From Vicugna vicugna (lineage: Eukaryota), in assembly GCA_013265495.1 (NCBI GenBank), contig MU058065.1, positions 1,201,527 to 1,265,526 on the forward strand: DNA of 64,000 bases, in the 5' to 3' direction. Position 1 is the stretch's first letter, and the number at the start of each line of letters is the position of its first letter. The notes under the pieces are model-generated. The model saw only the letters and a list, made by a program, of their open reading frames with translations, was not told the origin of the DNA and made no database searches. A program made the position numbers and the translations under genes. Positions 11,283 through 25,600 of the stretch are shown here, piece after piece.

Positions 11283-14200
11283 TTCCAGCACTGAAAAAAA
11301 TAGAACATTTTTAATAAATCAATTCATTTAGGATCAGCCTTGTGGATTTGGCTTCTGGCCCAATAAAAAGCAGTGAGGTATGGACAAGGAAAGTTACTGA
11401 ATTCTCCCTCCTAATCGTACAGTTGAATCTCCCCATCCATTTGGTATTCTAATAAAAATTACTCCAGTGTCTGGATATCATTTTTAGCTTTCAAAAAAGA
11501 AATCTAGATGCATAATTTTAACCAAAAACAAAAAAGCAAAGCAGCTTGTGGTCCTCTGAAATGATTAATAGAAAAGTGATTGGAATTAATCACAAACACA
11601 AGAGGAAGCTGAAATTAGAGAGGGTTATTGAGACACTGTCTGCTGTTTAATCTCACCCCCTTATCAACACATTAACCTTGTTTTCTCTGCCTGAGCACTG
11701 AGTCCTACAGCAAAATTAGGTCAGAAATTCACATCAGATCGGATCAGCTGATTCATTCCAGCAAGACCCTGACAAGCTGCAGATTTGGGTTTCACTCCAG
11801 ATAGGAGGATGGCTGAGGGCTCTCGGGGTTTGTTTCCGTGCTCCAAGCATGGGAGCTAGAGCACGTCGCAGAGCGATTTCTGCGCTTGTTGCAGAGAATT
11901 TCTAAGTAGTTTAAGGCTCGCTGTGGAGTCTTTCTAAAAGTTGACATGGTTGTGTTTCTAAACCCAGGTTCATTTAACTGTCCTCACTTCACCTGAACAA
12001 AATGAGCATCCATTCTGATATACAAATAGAGCGTTGCATTTTTCTGCATACCTCCAATTGAGAAGAACCCGGTGAGACCTATTTGCAACCAAAGTCGCCA
12101 TTCATGTTGCACTGAACGGATCTATCCGCCCAAATGCACTTCAGTAAATGCTCCCTATTTCCATAAAGTCTTCTGCCACAAATCATGAGTATGATTCCAG
12201 AAGCCATAACTATCTAAAGAGGATTTATGTAACTGCTAACATTTCTCCAATAAGAGCTCTCTGTGTAATTATGTCTTTGGGTGATCATTTAAACTATTAA
12301 CCAATGCTAAACTTTGGTATCACAGCCATTTGTTTTCTTTTGGTAGCAATGTTCTAGTAAAGGAAAAGCCAGTATTTATTTTTATTTTTGCTTTTTTTGT
12401 TTTCTTTGTGGTCGAAAGGATGGACTTTAGTGGTCCTTTGTTTCTCTTTGACTAACAGAGATACTGAAACCTTCAAATACAAACAGTTTCCAAGTATACA
12501 TCCTAATATACAATTGCATGTATGTTTTAAAGGAGCTGCAACTAATCTAATTCCATTTCTGACTGTCACTTTTAAAGAGGAAATATAACCTCATATAGAT
12601 CCCTTGAGGGCATCCACAGGGAACAGAGGCGCTCCCAATCAGCTTAAGTAGTCCTTCGTGTCACAACCACTTCGCTAACGTCGAGAGCTGTCTTCCAGAC
12701 TTGCAGTGTTTGGGAGAATTTCACTAAAGTAGCATTTGTTTTATTAGGAAAAAAAAATTAGTTCCATAGTAGAAAACATACTCAGAAAAGACATATACTG
12801 GGAACGATTTTTCTTGTTGCTTTTTACTTAAGGGATATGAACTATATCGTTTTCAAAATACTGTGGCCACTAGTAAAACAAGACAGTGCAGGGAATAGTT
12901 CCAGAATCCAGACAGAAAAATTCACATGAAGGGCAGCCTCAAACCTGAGCATGCTTTTGGTATACCAGATGATCTTTATATGGCCCATCCTCTTCAGTGA
13001 TTGTCTTTACTTGATGTCCTAAATAAGGTGTTACCTGCAAAGACTGAATCTCCACAGCAAGCTTCAAGTTCACAGGTACTGCCTTACAGGTTGTTTGTAA
13101 CCAGACTGTTCTCACTGGCGAGTTGCCTCCTTCTTAATGGCTGGTGCCTGGGTTGCATCAGTGGTTCAATACCGCCATCATCCCTGTGTCTTAAACATCC
13201 CTTTTCATCTACGCACGTGACAAACTAGGGTTTTGTAACCCATCTTAGGCGATCTCACTTGTCTGAAGCTGTAGGTTTTGCATGTTTGTTTTCTGATAGG
13301 CAAACAGAAATAAATCTCATTTAACAGTGCCTGCAGAAAACTATTAGAATTTAAAACAGCAGAAAGGATGAGCTACTGAAATATTAACTTTTCACCTTTG
13401 AGTCTTTCTCTCTCTTTTTTTCTCACCAAATGTCATTTGGAGCTGTTAAGAAAAACACTAACAGTATCACTTTTTATTTATTTAAAATTTTTCACCCAAT
13501 AAGCCTTTTCAGTAAAATCTTATTTGAGAGGTGGAAGTGATGATACAAGAAAGTTAGTAGTGATGAGGGGCTGAAGTTAGTTTAAAAATAAGAAATTGGG
13601 CTCAGGAAGCCTGAATGACTTAGAACACTGAGACAGTGGTGAGGGCATTCTTTTTCGAAGAGCTTGGGGTTTTAAGCTTCCCAGCTTCAACACAAAAGGC
13701 ATTTCAGCACATATGTGATCTAGAAGGTCAATCATATGAAATCCTATTTCCATTTTTTAAGCAATCCCTGGCAGTCTGCACATTTGTGAAATTGCAACTG
13801 GCATATTTCACAGAGAATTATCATCAATGCCTTTTCAAGGTCAAACATGCCCCATCTTTAGATTTTCAGCATTTACATCCTATATGTTAAACCACAGCAT
13901 ATATTAAAGAAGGCATTCTGCAGACATGATAAAGAATTTTAATTGATTAGACTGCGTTCATTAATGTCACATTGAATTTTCTCTACAACTTGACATAATT
14001 GCATGTTAAAAATATTAAAATGCATGTGAGATTCAGATGTGGGTATTCCAAGTCTGTTACCATCCCTGAAACCTCAAAATGCCTGTGTGCCCAGAATCTT
14101 GCTCTGGAGTTTTAAAAAAATGTAAAAAATACACTTGTTATTAGGAAATTTCAAGCCATTCTAAAAATACTGTGAGGATATTCTATATAAGTTTAAAAAT

Positions 14201-14470
14201 TATCATAATTTCTAATTGTCAGAATCACAGAATACTGGTCACCACATGAAAGAAGTAAAATTGAACTTGAAGATTACAATGGCTACTGAGATGGGGTAAC
14301 ACGAGATAGCCACAGCCAGCCCAGTCGTTATGTCTCCTCCTCCTGCCCAGTCATGACTTTTGGGGCTCCTTTCATGTTTCTCTCTCCAACTCTCCCCATA
14401 ACAACATCCAGGGGCTTCTATGTCCCCCACTGTACATGGGCCCTGCTTTTGGAGGAGAAACTCATCTGAG

Positions 14471-14904
14471 CAACACAGATGGACCTAGAGATTCTCATGC
14501 TAAGTGGAGTAAGTCAGACAGAGAAAGACAAATATCATATATCACTTATATGTGGAATCTAAAATAATAATAGTTATACAAATGAACTTATTCACAAAAT
14601 AAAAAGAGACTCACAGAAATAGAAAACAAACTTACAGTTACCAAAGGGGAAGCAAGGGAGGGATAAATTAGAAATTTGAGATTAACAGAATCACACTACT
14701 ATATATAAAATAGATAAACAACAAGGACCTACTGTACAGCACAGGGAACTATATGCAATATCTTGTAATAACCTATAATGGAAAAAAATCTGAAAAGGAA
14801 ATACGTATCTGTATATAAAACTGAATCACTTTGCTGTACACCTGAAACGTTGTAAACCAACTATACTTCAATAAAGCAAAACAAAATAAAAAACTAACAA
14901 ACAA
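14471..14904 (+). mobile_element. 5'-truncated L1 3' end (cetartiodactyl-type), antisense to NYAP2
   Basis: gatggacctagagatt...aagtcagacagagaaagacaaatatcatat...acagcacagggaactatat...aactatacttcaataaa plus A-rich tail. TSD aaactcatctgag (14458-14470) / aaagtcacctgag (14905-14917). Confidence 0.93.
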
Positions 14905-15194
14905 AAAGTCACCTGAGAAGTGTCTCAAAATTTTACTAGCATTTTGTTCCTTCCAATGATATTCACACTTTAAATTAAGATTCCCGGAAAATATTTGGGA
15001 GGAAGGATATAAAAAAGAGGGAGGAAGAGCTATTGATGGCAAGATACGTACTACACCTTTTAGTTCCTAGCACATGTGACAGCTATGGGGCACAATAATA
15101 AAATGGTATGCGAGGAGCCAGATTTGGGGCCGTTTCATGCAAGATTAGTCATCTGTTCATTCATCGTTCAGTCATCCATGCATTGTGGCTGAAC

Positions 15195-16897
15195 AGTCTG
15201 TGCTCCTAAGATTCTTTAGATTCCATCCCTTCCCACCTACTCAAACACATAATCACAGTAATTTTTCCTTCCCTCTCCTAAGTCACTAACATTTCCCTTC
15301 CTATTGCAATCATTCATATCAGCATCTCAAGTAAGCTAGTTTTCTCTCTTCTTAAAGGAAAAAAAAAGAAAAAAAACAGAAAAACAAACCACTATAGACC
15401 TCTCTTCCCCCCTTCAATTACTCTCCATATTTTTGAATTTTGTTTAACCTCAAAAGTCTTCAAAATGATTCTTTATTCCTTTCTTCCTTGAATCGATTCC
15501 TGTCTTCCCATCCTCTCATGAACATAATCCTGATGAATTTTGTCCCCAGACCTCCACCCAAATTGTTCTTTTCAGCAACACCAATGTGGTAAAAGGTGTT
15601 GATCAGTGTTCAGGCTTCAATATATTTGATCTATCAGTAAAATTTCTCTCTCTTCTTTATCACTTTTCTCGCTTCTCTCTGAGGCATCACCCTCCTTAGT
15701 GGTTTTCTTCTCTTATCTCATTAGCTGTCTTTGCTGGATTCTTCTACTGTTCCTAGCATGTAAGCAGTTAGGTGCCCCAAGAAACAGTCCTGGGTGCTTT
15801 TGTCCTCCCTGTTTAATTTTAGGTCCAAGGTATCCTTAACCAGGCTCATGACCATAAAATCTACAACTATGACTCTTATATTTAAACCTCCTGCTTTGTT
15901 CGCTGCCATGAGTCCTGGATCCAACTGCCCATCCAGAATCCCTACTTGAGTCTCTAAAAGGACTCACAACATTGGTATGTGAAAGCTGAGCTCTTATTCT
16001 TCCACTGTTTGACCTAAATTTACTCCTATTCTAGACTTTACTATTTCATTAAGTGGAAACACCATTCTAGTTGCTTCAGGCAGAAACAAAAGAAAACATA
16101 ACATAACAGCAGAGCCCAGAACAACAGCAAACTTGAGACTCCTTTCTCTTACTCAACCTCCACATTTCATCAATCAGAAAATTCTAATGGTGCCCATAAT
16201 TTGAGCATTGTATGCCACCTTCACTGACACCACCCTAGTCCAAACTATCATCATCTCTTAGCTGAATTATTGCAAAAGCTTTCTCTCGGAATTTCCTGCA
16301 GTCTATTCCGTATCCATCTATTCAACACACAGAACCCAGAATAATCCTTGTAAAATGTTTGGTTAGGGCATGTCACATCTCTGCTCAAAAATCTTCAATG
16401 AATTTTTCCCCTTATGAATAAAACATAAAATCTTACAAGGTTCTACATTACCTGATGGCCACAGCAGTCTGAACTTACACCCCCACCCCTAATCTTTGCT
16501 TGGACCCTACATGATGTCTTGATCTCTCTTTGGAACACATCAAACCTGCTGTTCCCTCTGCTGAGAATTCCCTTCCCCGCAGACAGTCATATGGCCCCCG
16601 TCTCTGGCAGTAAGCTTTCAATGTCTCATGTCTCTGCTCAAATGTCACTTGACTTCAGAGGTCTCCTCTGGCCTCTGTTTTTATCTCCTTTACCCTGCTT
16701 TGTTTTACAATGTGGAAAATTATCACCACCTTTCATATATGTGTGTGTTTGATTCATGTTGTCTCGCCTTCATTCTTCTCTCAGAAAGTAGTTCTTTTAT
16801 AGGCAGTGACAATGTTTTGTTCATTACTGTCTCATAAAGGTCTAGAACACTTTCTGGCACTTAGTAAAAGTTCAATAAATATTTCACCAATCAGTGA
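15195..16897 (+). mobile_element. Long degraded L2 LINE fragment
   Basis: About 1.7 kb of pyrimidine-rich L2-like sequence ending tctagaacactttctggcacttagtaaaagttcaataaatattt. Confidence 0.8.
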
Positions 16898-17710
16898 CTA
16901 CATTTTACAGCAAGTTATTTATTGATCAATAAGTGGGCTTAAGACTCTGTTCTAAGAACTGTATAGAGAAATAGTCTTCCCATGAAACTTACATTGTAGC
17001 TTAAACATTAGCAACCAGGTCACATACTGTGTGCACTGTTTGCTCGTTGTCTCTAATCACCTTGACCTCAGGTGAGTGATGCCCTAGCTAGCTCCCTTGG
17101 CTCAGTGTCAGTCTTTGCTTCCAGTATTAAAGTCTCTGCCTGACCCCTTATTGCAGGAGTGGAATCAAAGTTCAGCTTGAACATAAGCTCACTTTGCAAG
17201 CACCTGGCCTTCTGCTTATTTCTGGTAGGTGTCTCCATGCCTGGGAAGTTGGTTTACTCTTCAGCCACACTCACATCCAGGGACAAATTCCAAAGGGCCT
17301 CATCACCATCACTAAGTCTCTCTGACATAAAGTACTGATTTTTAACTCTCCTGTGGTTAACACCAACTACTATGGCAGGAGCAGCCTTCCAAGCAACATG
17401 GTTATGGATCATGAAGAACATCCTGGCTTCAGGCATGCGTGTTCCCAAGTCTCCGACTTAGGTTTTGCCATGGAAACAAGGAATGTGCACAGCAGCTGAG
17501 TATCTAGCTCATCAAATGCAAGATCCCAGAAGATGCTTGCTTCTTTCTGCTACCAGTGGGTTTTTCATTTTTTTCCTAATCTGATTAGAGAAAGATAAAC
17601 TGAATTTCAAAACCATTTTTCTCCCCTCTTTGAGTCCTTACTCATTTGTTACAAGAAAGACCCCATATATTCAAGAGAATGGCTTCAAATAAATCATCCA
17701 TGTAGATTAA

Positions 17711-17737
17711 ACACACACACACACACACACACACACA
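17711..17737. repeat. (CA)n microsatellite
   Basis: Direct reading. Confidence 0.95.
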
Positions 17738-19739
17738 GTGGGTGCCTTCTCCTGCCTTTCCTCTGTCCTTAACCAGGGCTAAACTGCAGTTTTATCTCTT
17801 GTTGATGGGCTGATGTGGGAAGCAAATGTCTCCAGATCATCTGAGACTTCAGTTCAATGTGTGATCTAAACCACCTTTACTTTTATGCCCGGTAACATAA
17901 CTCTAGATGACATTGCTTTGTTAACCTTGCAGGAACTAACTCAAAGTTTACTTAACTGAATTTTCTGGACCTCATTCACTATGCAATGACAGGATTTCGC
18001 TGTGTCTCCACCTACCTAAATTCCTGCTCCTGCCCCTCGGACTTTAGACTTCTTAGAATTCTTGGTTGTGCCCCTTGGAACACTTGAGCACCTAAAAATA
18101 AGTCATTTTTGCTGTCTTAATGTCTATGGATCTTTAGATAGAAACCTTCTGAAATCCGCTGATGAAACACAGAAGATGACAGCACAGCGATAAGCTCATG
18201 GGGTGCTCTGTACAATCTAACAGAACTATTCAGCAAATAAGTCTGTCTATGTGCTCCTAGCAAATGAATCGTTCAGTTTCAGTGGCAAGATTCAGAAACT
18301 TTAGACTTTAAAGGTGAAGTTATTTTATAAATCATGTAGGATATCCTTTTTTATTCTGAGTGTTAGAGAACTTAGACTCACAAAAGTCAAGTAAAATGCT
18401 CACGTATGCACAGAAGTGCATCAGAAGTACTTCACAAGGAAAAAATCTGTTCTAAGGAAAAGCATTTAGTGACTCTTAGAAAGAAAAACTGTGATACCAA
18501 CTAAAATTAGGTAGAAATAAAAAAAAGTCTTAGCATATGCAGTTATGAACGTGTTTATCAAGCACACCATTTTGTAAATATTTGTATATCTGGTGATAGA
18601 ATCGATTTGCATTTTAATCATCCAGAGAAAAATGATGACACTCTTTCAGAATAATCCTCTACAAAATTTCTTTTATGTTTTTATTCCAAATCTCTCTCCC
18701 TCTTTCTGTCTCTCCCTCTTCCTCCCCAGCCTCTCATACACAGTTGCTTGCCATGACATGTTGGAGGAATGCATCCTCACCTAGCTTCTTTATAAGAATG
18801 AAAATTCATCTTAAAAGAACGTTTTATTTTCCTTCATATCATAATGTTCACAGACAGTCAGCAAAGGATTAGTGCCAGATTAGATGAAAAATCCACGACT
18901 ATCAAAATAGCTTAACTATTACCATTCAGTTATCCGGGCAATTGATATGGACTTAATTTCCTAAATTCTGCTTCTTTGCACTCAGTAAATGGATTCCATT
19001 GAAGAAACAGGACTCCATCAAACACGTGTTTCTACTTGTACCCTCCCCTCAACACATAACACTCAGGAAATATTGTAACCTGCTTTGGGAAAAATCAAAA
19101 GATAATGTATCTCTCTTTTGGTCTCAGTACCCTAGGAAACCTAGCCTCCAATTGGAAGCTGCAATCTGAGACTCATTTGCTTATAGCTGGTAGGTTTTGC
19201 AGCATAAAAGACATTTCATTTGAACAGACCTGAAGCACTTACTAGCAAAGATATAATAACTACAGAATTCTGCACAGTGAGCACACACTAAAGATTCCGC
19301 CTCACTAGCTCACGTAGTTCTAATTATCGACGAGTTTTTCATAATTTAGGGAGAAAATGAACTCTAAGGTAAGAACGATAAACAAGAACCATTAAAGGTG
19401 GGGATTTTCATTAAATACTGGCTGTTAACAGTGTTTGTCGGTTCCCTTACGCTTTTATTAAGAGATTGTTCAATATGATCGTTTATTTGGAGGAAACTGA
19501 ATTATTTCTCCATCCCATCTGCATCACCATATGCACAACACACAAGTAAACAGCTCTTGTTAACTAACGCGAGGGTCCTGTCAGAAGGGTGGATTCTGTT
19601 TTTGTTACAGTGAAGGAGACATTTTCACTTGGTCTCCGCAAGTCTAACCTTGAAAGAAACCCCTTCTTGACCAGGTGACAACTTTATAGGCTTTGCTCAC
19701 AGTTTCCCTCCGGTGCAAAAAAACTTTCATTTATATTTA

Positions 19740-19997
<258 letters not shown>

Positions 19998-20756
19998 TTA
20001 TCAAAGATGGGGATAAAAGCAAGGGACTGCTTACTCTCCCTAACATCTCATCAGCTCCAAATTCCAGTGACTATAGTGGAATCTACATGGAGAAAATGTC
20101 TTGTTAGAAATTACAAATAGAGTATTTGAAGTAAATGTTAAATGAATATTTGAGTAGCAAACGCTTCCTCAAAGCAGCAAAATTAGCAAATCAAAGGCCA
20201 AAGCCCTTACACTGAAAGGCGATGTAACAGTGCAAATATTTTGTGGGAGGATAAACATAGGTTTATGGAGGCAGAATCATGATTCTGTTTCTCAAAAATG
20301 TGTTACTGTACTAATAAGATATACCAAGCTTCATTTGTTTCTGATCACTATAAACACTATCCTGTTTAATTTCAAATAAAACGATGTAATTACTGGGAAT
20401 GAAATTTCTTATTGTGTGTTTTCCTTGCAATTTTAAATTAAGATTTATGAATCTGAACAATTCATGCAAAATATAGCAGTAATCAAGGAAATTCACATTT
20501 CTAATATAATTTGTCATAGAAATAACCCCTTTCTGACCCTCCATTATTTTCCAAAATTGTGCTCCACAATGGCTTCATGTTGTAACTCAAATATCATACA
20601 TCACCAGGACCACGTTAATCCTTCCAGCTGGTCATTCAAGCAGTGACAATTGTGATTATCATCACTACATGAAGGTTTAAAGACCTGAGCCACAGAAAAG
20701 AATACTGAAAATCAAAATCAAATCAAAACAACAACACGAATATAGGACTTAAAAAG

Positions 20757-20900
20757 CTCATCTATAAAATGATGGAAATAATAGTGCCTACCTCCTGCTG
20801 ATGTAAAAATTAGGAGAGTTGATGACTGTGGAGAATTTAGCACAGAGGTCAATGGTAGTAAGCATATGCATAATAAATGTGGCTAATATTATTAGCAGTG
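20757..20900 (+). mobile_element. MIR SINE 3' half
   Basis: ctcatctataaaatgatggaaataatagtgcctacctc...ttagcacag...ataaatgtggctaatattatt. Confidence 0.75.
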
Positions 20901-22344
20901 ATAATAATGTGTAATGTGTATATGTGTATGGATGGCTGGGTGGATAAATCAGCACACCTTGAAATAGGGCTATCCCAAGAATTATAGAAATAAATAAAAC
21001 CAGGGGACAGAGAAATTGTGTTTTAATCAATCAAAAAAAGAACTAAAATTTAATTAATTACATGCAAGGTAAATCTCTTACCCTTCTAGCTTAATAAGAC
21101 TCACTGTCCTCAATTGCATATTCGTTGTGGTGAAACAAAATCAATTAACAAGGGGAAAATGTTGGCAATTTAAAAATTGTGAATTATCTTTACATTTTTT
21201 ACTTTCTTCAAAATATTCAGAAAGATATCTCCTAAAATACCAGTCGAACTTTTTAGTGTAGACGTCCTAGACCTGCATGTTTAGCATGACGAGTCATTTT
21301 CATTTTTTTTTTAACAAGAATAATCATGTTCCATAATCTAGATGGTAGCTATGGAAACTTCACTTCTGATCAGAGTTTATTAGCATTTCAGCTGCCAGTC
21401 AATCCATACATTACTTGAAGCTCCTGCTGAATTTAAGGATTTATTCCACAATATGTAAGAAAACGTTGAAACTAGAGGAGAGGTGAATTGTTTGTTGACC
21501 CATGATTTTCTGTTATGAGAAGCTTTCTTATGTTTGTTTGGTTTTAAGCCATGATAGGCTGGCACATCAAATGGGCTTTTAATTTTAACTAACAACTGTA
21601 ATTGTTTTTTGATATCAGCCCATCAGATTAGAGGCTGAAGTGGTGAACATACACAGGAATAAAAAAATTGCAGCTCCAAATGATTGTAATTGGAGGGGGA
21701 AGGGAAAATGCAACCTGATTCTCAGAGAACTAAAGCATTAATATGACTGAGAATTCACTTCTACCAAGGACTTCCGTATTAGGTGTGCTCAGATAAAAAA
21801 AGATCTGCATAACTTTATAGCAATTAATTCTACCATAGTTAAGCAAGCCAAGTCAGTATTACAAGGATTCTAGAAAGAATGCCTCAGGGTGGAAGATGAT
21901 CGCTCCTACTCTGCCTGGAGCAAACCTGTCTATTTCCCATTGTGTAAGGCATTACCCAAAAATTTTTACTTCTTCCCTTAAGCTTTCCTCCCATCCGGAT
22001 GACATCAGTGATTCTTTACAGTTTATATATTCCAAATGTTAACAAGGTTAATTGTGTACCTCTGAAAGTTAATTGTCTTGCTAAGTGGTGTTTCAATTGG
22101 CTGGAGTTTAAATTATGTTTATTCTGAGAAAATATTAAATAACAACATCATAAAATATTGATACCACGAAGAGTCATAAGATTTTTTTTTAAGTTGAGAC
22201 GAAAATTTGGGGGGTGGAAATCAGCCATAAACAACATTGTAAATCAAATCTAGCTCAATTTTTTAGAAACACATGCCTTAATCTGTATCTCAAATTCTCA
22301 AATGTAGTGGGGATAGCAAAGTGCTTTACAATGAGGTACAGCAT

Positions 22345-22376
22345 GAAGAAAGAAAGAAAGAAAGAGAGAAAGAGAG
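22345..22376. repeat. (GAAA)n/GA-rich simple repeat
   Basis: Direct reading. Confidence 0.85.
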
Positions 22377-22473
22377 ATAGAAACATAAAATCTATTAAAA
22401 CCTTAAAGCAATGAAAATTGGCTGTCGGTGAACATGCTTATGCCGTCCAGTACTAGAGGATATTTGTTTCTAC

Positions 22474-22620
22474 AATCATTCATTAATTCAAGTGTTTCTT
22501 AAGCACCTATTATGAACTAGCCACTGACACAGGCAGAATTGTGTCCTTCTAGACAGGCACACTGCAGGGATAGGACACAATACACAGACCCCTGCACTGC
22601 AACGTGACAAGGGTACTGAT
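22474..22620 (-). mobile_element. L2 3' fragment
   Basis: atcattcattaattcaagtgtttcttaagcacctattatgaactagccactg. Confidence 0.55.
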
Positions 22621-25600
22621 TCAGTTGGCAATGATGGCACTGACCAGTCTGTCATGGTTTATGGTCACCGTTTTTGAGAATGAACAAGAAACCCTTTTCA
22701 ACAATCAGATCTTGTCTTCAAAAATAAAAATAAAAAATGGACTTGGGCTTGACCCATGTTTAAGGATCATATGTTTTTGTTTCCTTGTCCACATTAAAAA
22801 AAAAAAAGATAGCTGGTAAGATAGAGGGAAAGTGAAGCAGTCTTGAAGAGCACATAGCTGAGCAGGTGACCAATATGGCCTAAAAGTCCAAAATACTTGA
22901 AGGTGTTCAAATAAATGGGACCGTAAGTATTAGTCACTAACATTACTATTCGATGATTTGTGGCAGATCTTAACTGTGGCAGAGATTGCGTTTAATCACA
23001 ATTCCTCCAAAAGTATAGCTTTACATAAGTGAATAGAACGCTTAGTGTTCAACTTCCTTAATGACAGGTGAGCAAATGGAGTCCATGAAGGGACTTAATG
23101 GATTTGCTCACTAACTGAATGCGCATAGACAGACCACTTATCCATTCGGCCCCATTTTTCACATCTAGAAAATAAGGGCTTTGGGGCAAATGAAACAAGA
23201 AGCTTATTCTGTCTCTCAGTCACTCGGGCTCCACCCTTCCAAGCCCAAGGGTGTTTCTCAGGAGACTAAACTAGGAATGAACAGATTCACGGCCTCATCA
23301 AAGAAAAGCTGATCTTATGTTAAGTGCTTACTTCGTTACAATTGCTACTATTCCCATGAGTGAGAACCCACAGGCAAGTATGAGCTTAAATCTGCCTTTC
23401 AGAAATTTATATTTATAGCTTAAGATACATGTTGAATCAGATGTGTTTGTTATCACTAAAAAAATTGGCTGCATTTTGATTGCTGGATATTAAATCAAGT
23501 TCATTTCTGGACCTTGAATGACAAGCCAGTATGCAAACATTTTATAAAAGCTTGCTCTGTGCACCTAAGTCCTAAAGTCAGCATCATAGAAGAGCATAGT
23601 TAAGAAGAAAGTGAGCCCCTTTCTTCAGGTAGCATCTTTAGATACATGGCAATTAATTAATTAATTGATCTACCTTACTAGATCACAAATTATTACATAG
23701 GGTATTTATAACAGAGTGTGTGAGATTGAAGGGAACTTTTGCATTTCTCCAGGCCTCCCCTTTATTTGAACCATATGTCTACAGTCATTTTTGCTCAAGA
23801 CAAATTAGATATTTTAGCCCTCACCCTAGAGCTTTGGTTGAAGGGTGGCATCCATGGTCTTCATCCACAAAGCAGGGTGTTGATTCAAACAGCCACGATT
23901 TGTGTGTGTGTGTGCTCTTTTTCTTTGAAGTTGTGGTCAATACTTAAAATTTGTGTCAGGGATTCTCCCGGGAAAGCACCTAAAATAATTGCAATCAGAA
24001 TTCCCATACAAATCACTGATAACTTCAAGTATTCACTTTCCACCTTTCTTGTATTGCTATATTCTGCATTTATGAGAGACTCCTTTTGTTTAATTTTTGG
24101 ATTACTCTATTTAGAATCATTGCACCCTAATAAAACCTACAGATGTTGCTCTAAATATAACTGGATGTTTAATGGCTCAGCTTTATTTTTTTATTTCACT
24201 TTTGTTATTTATTTCCTTTTGACCACACCCTTTACAGAGCTGACTTTGTATAATGTGATACTCCCCAAAATTTGAAATTTCACTCTACTCAGCTAAGCTG
24301 CGTCAATTTAAGCTGGTGGGATTCAGGTCACGTTTAAGACAGTAAGCGTTTTATATTTTAATTGAATTAATCGTTTCCTCATTTTCCTTTGTGTGAAGTC
24401 ATCACGATACCTTACCAATGCTGAGCCTAGAACTGAAAGTATCATTACATTTCTTCACAATTGTTTCCACTGAAATAAAACTATCCAGTAAGTATATATG
24501 CAGAGTAGAAAATATACATAAAGTTATCCAAATGGAATCCATAGAAAAATTAAAAATGCCCTTTTCAAAAAAATCTTCCTGTAACTACTGCTTACACCCA
24601 AGGAACTCAAGAAGCTGAGACTTTGTCAAAGTCAAAAAAATATTTGAGGCACAATTTGGAGAAGTAAGTGTATGCAAAAACTTTAACTAAGATCATACAT
24701 TTGCATGGGTTATAGCCTTTGTAAATTAAGGAATAAATTTTGTATGGCTTCAATTTACCAGAGGATATTTAATGTCTCTCTGTCAAGATTGGGTTACCCC
24801 ATAGTCTAGAGGGCTTTGGTTAATTATGGGCTGTTTCTGAAAAAAAGATGTACAAAAGGAGTCAGATAAATATTAGGCATACCATCTTCTCATACAGGTT
24901 AAAGTATTTTTCTTTTCTTAAAAGTGAAAATAGATTCCTTCTTTAGTGTAATTTCATGCATTGTGACATCGACCACTCTGGCTCCATAAGGAACGACTCG
25001 GTGGATGCACACACTGACTTCTCGGGCAGAACTTTCCTTATGGGTCATTTATCACCATTTACCAAAGCAGGGTTCTAGTATACCACCATCATCTGAGTGA
25101 ATTTGTCCATCAGCCTGCATGGGTGCTGGTTCTTTTTTCTCTCCTTAAGTGTTTACTCAGAATTCCTGAAATGAAGTTGTTCTCCAACTAAAACTTTGGT
25201 TTTCCAAGGTACAAAGTTGTGAAAATTCCACTCATCCAGATGCTTTCCAGGTACACTGAAGAACAGACGAAGAAAAAGCATAGAATTGGAGAGAACTGCT
25301 CCCCAATTCTCAAAGCTCTGTAAGAAGCTTCTTAAATTTTAGGTCACAATTAACCTTACACAATACTGTTACAGCTCGAATAAAGTAAAGTTTATTTTGT
25401 GCTATTATTATAATGCCATTTGCTTTAACCCAGAAAAACAAAACATGTACAAGGGAATACATTTCCTAGTGGAAATCCTAGGCATTTTGCCTTCATTTCG
25501 CATTTATATTTTTTATTTCATTTATATATAGGAAAATTTCCTAGTCCTCACTCCCTATTCACCTCTTAGTTCTTCAAAGTACACCTGTCTCAATGCTTTG

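Noticed and set aside
23739..24275. 178-aa + strand ORF
   Set aside because: Non-ATG start, runs through a (TG)n, T-rich low-complexity translation, antisense intronic, no recognisable homology.
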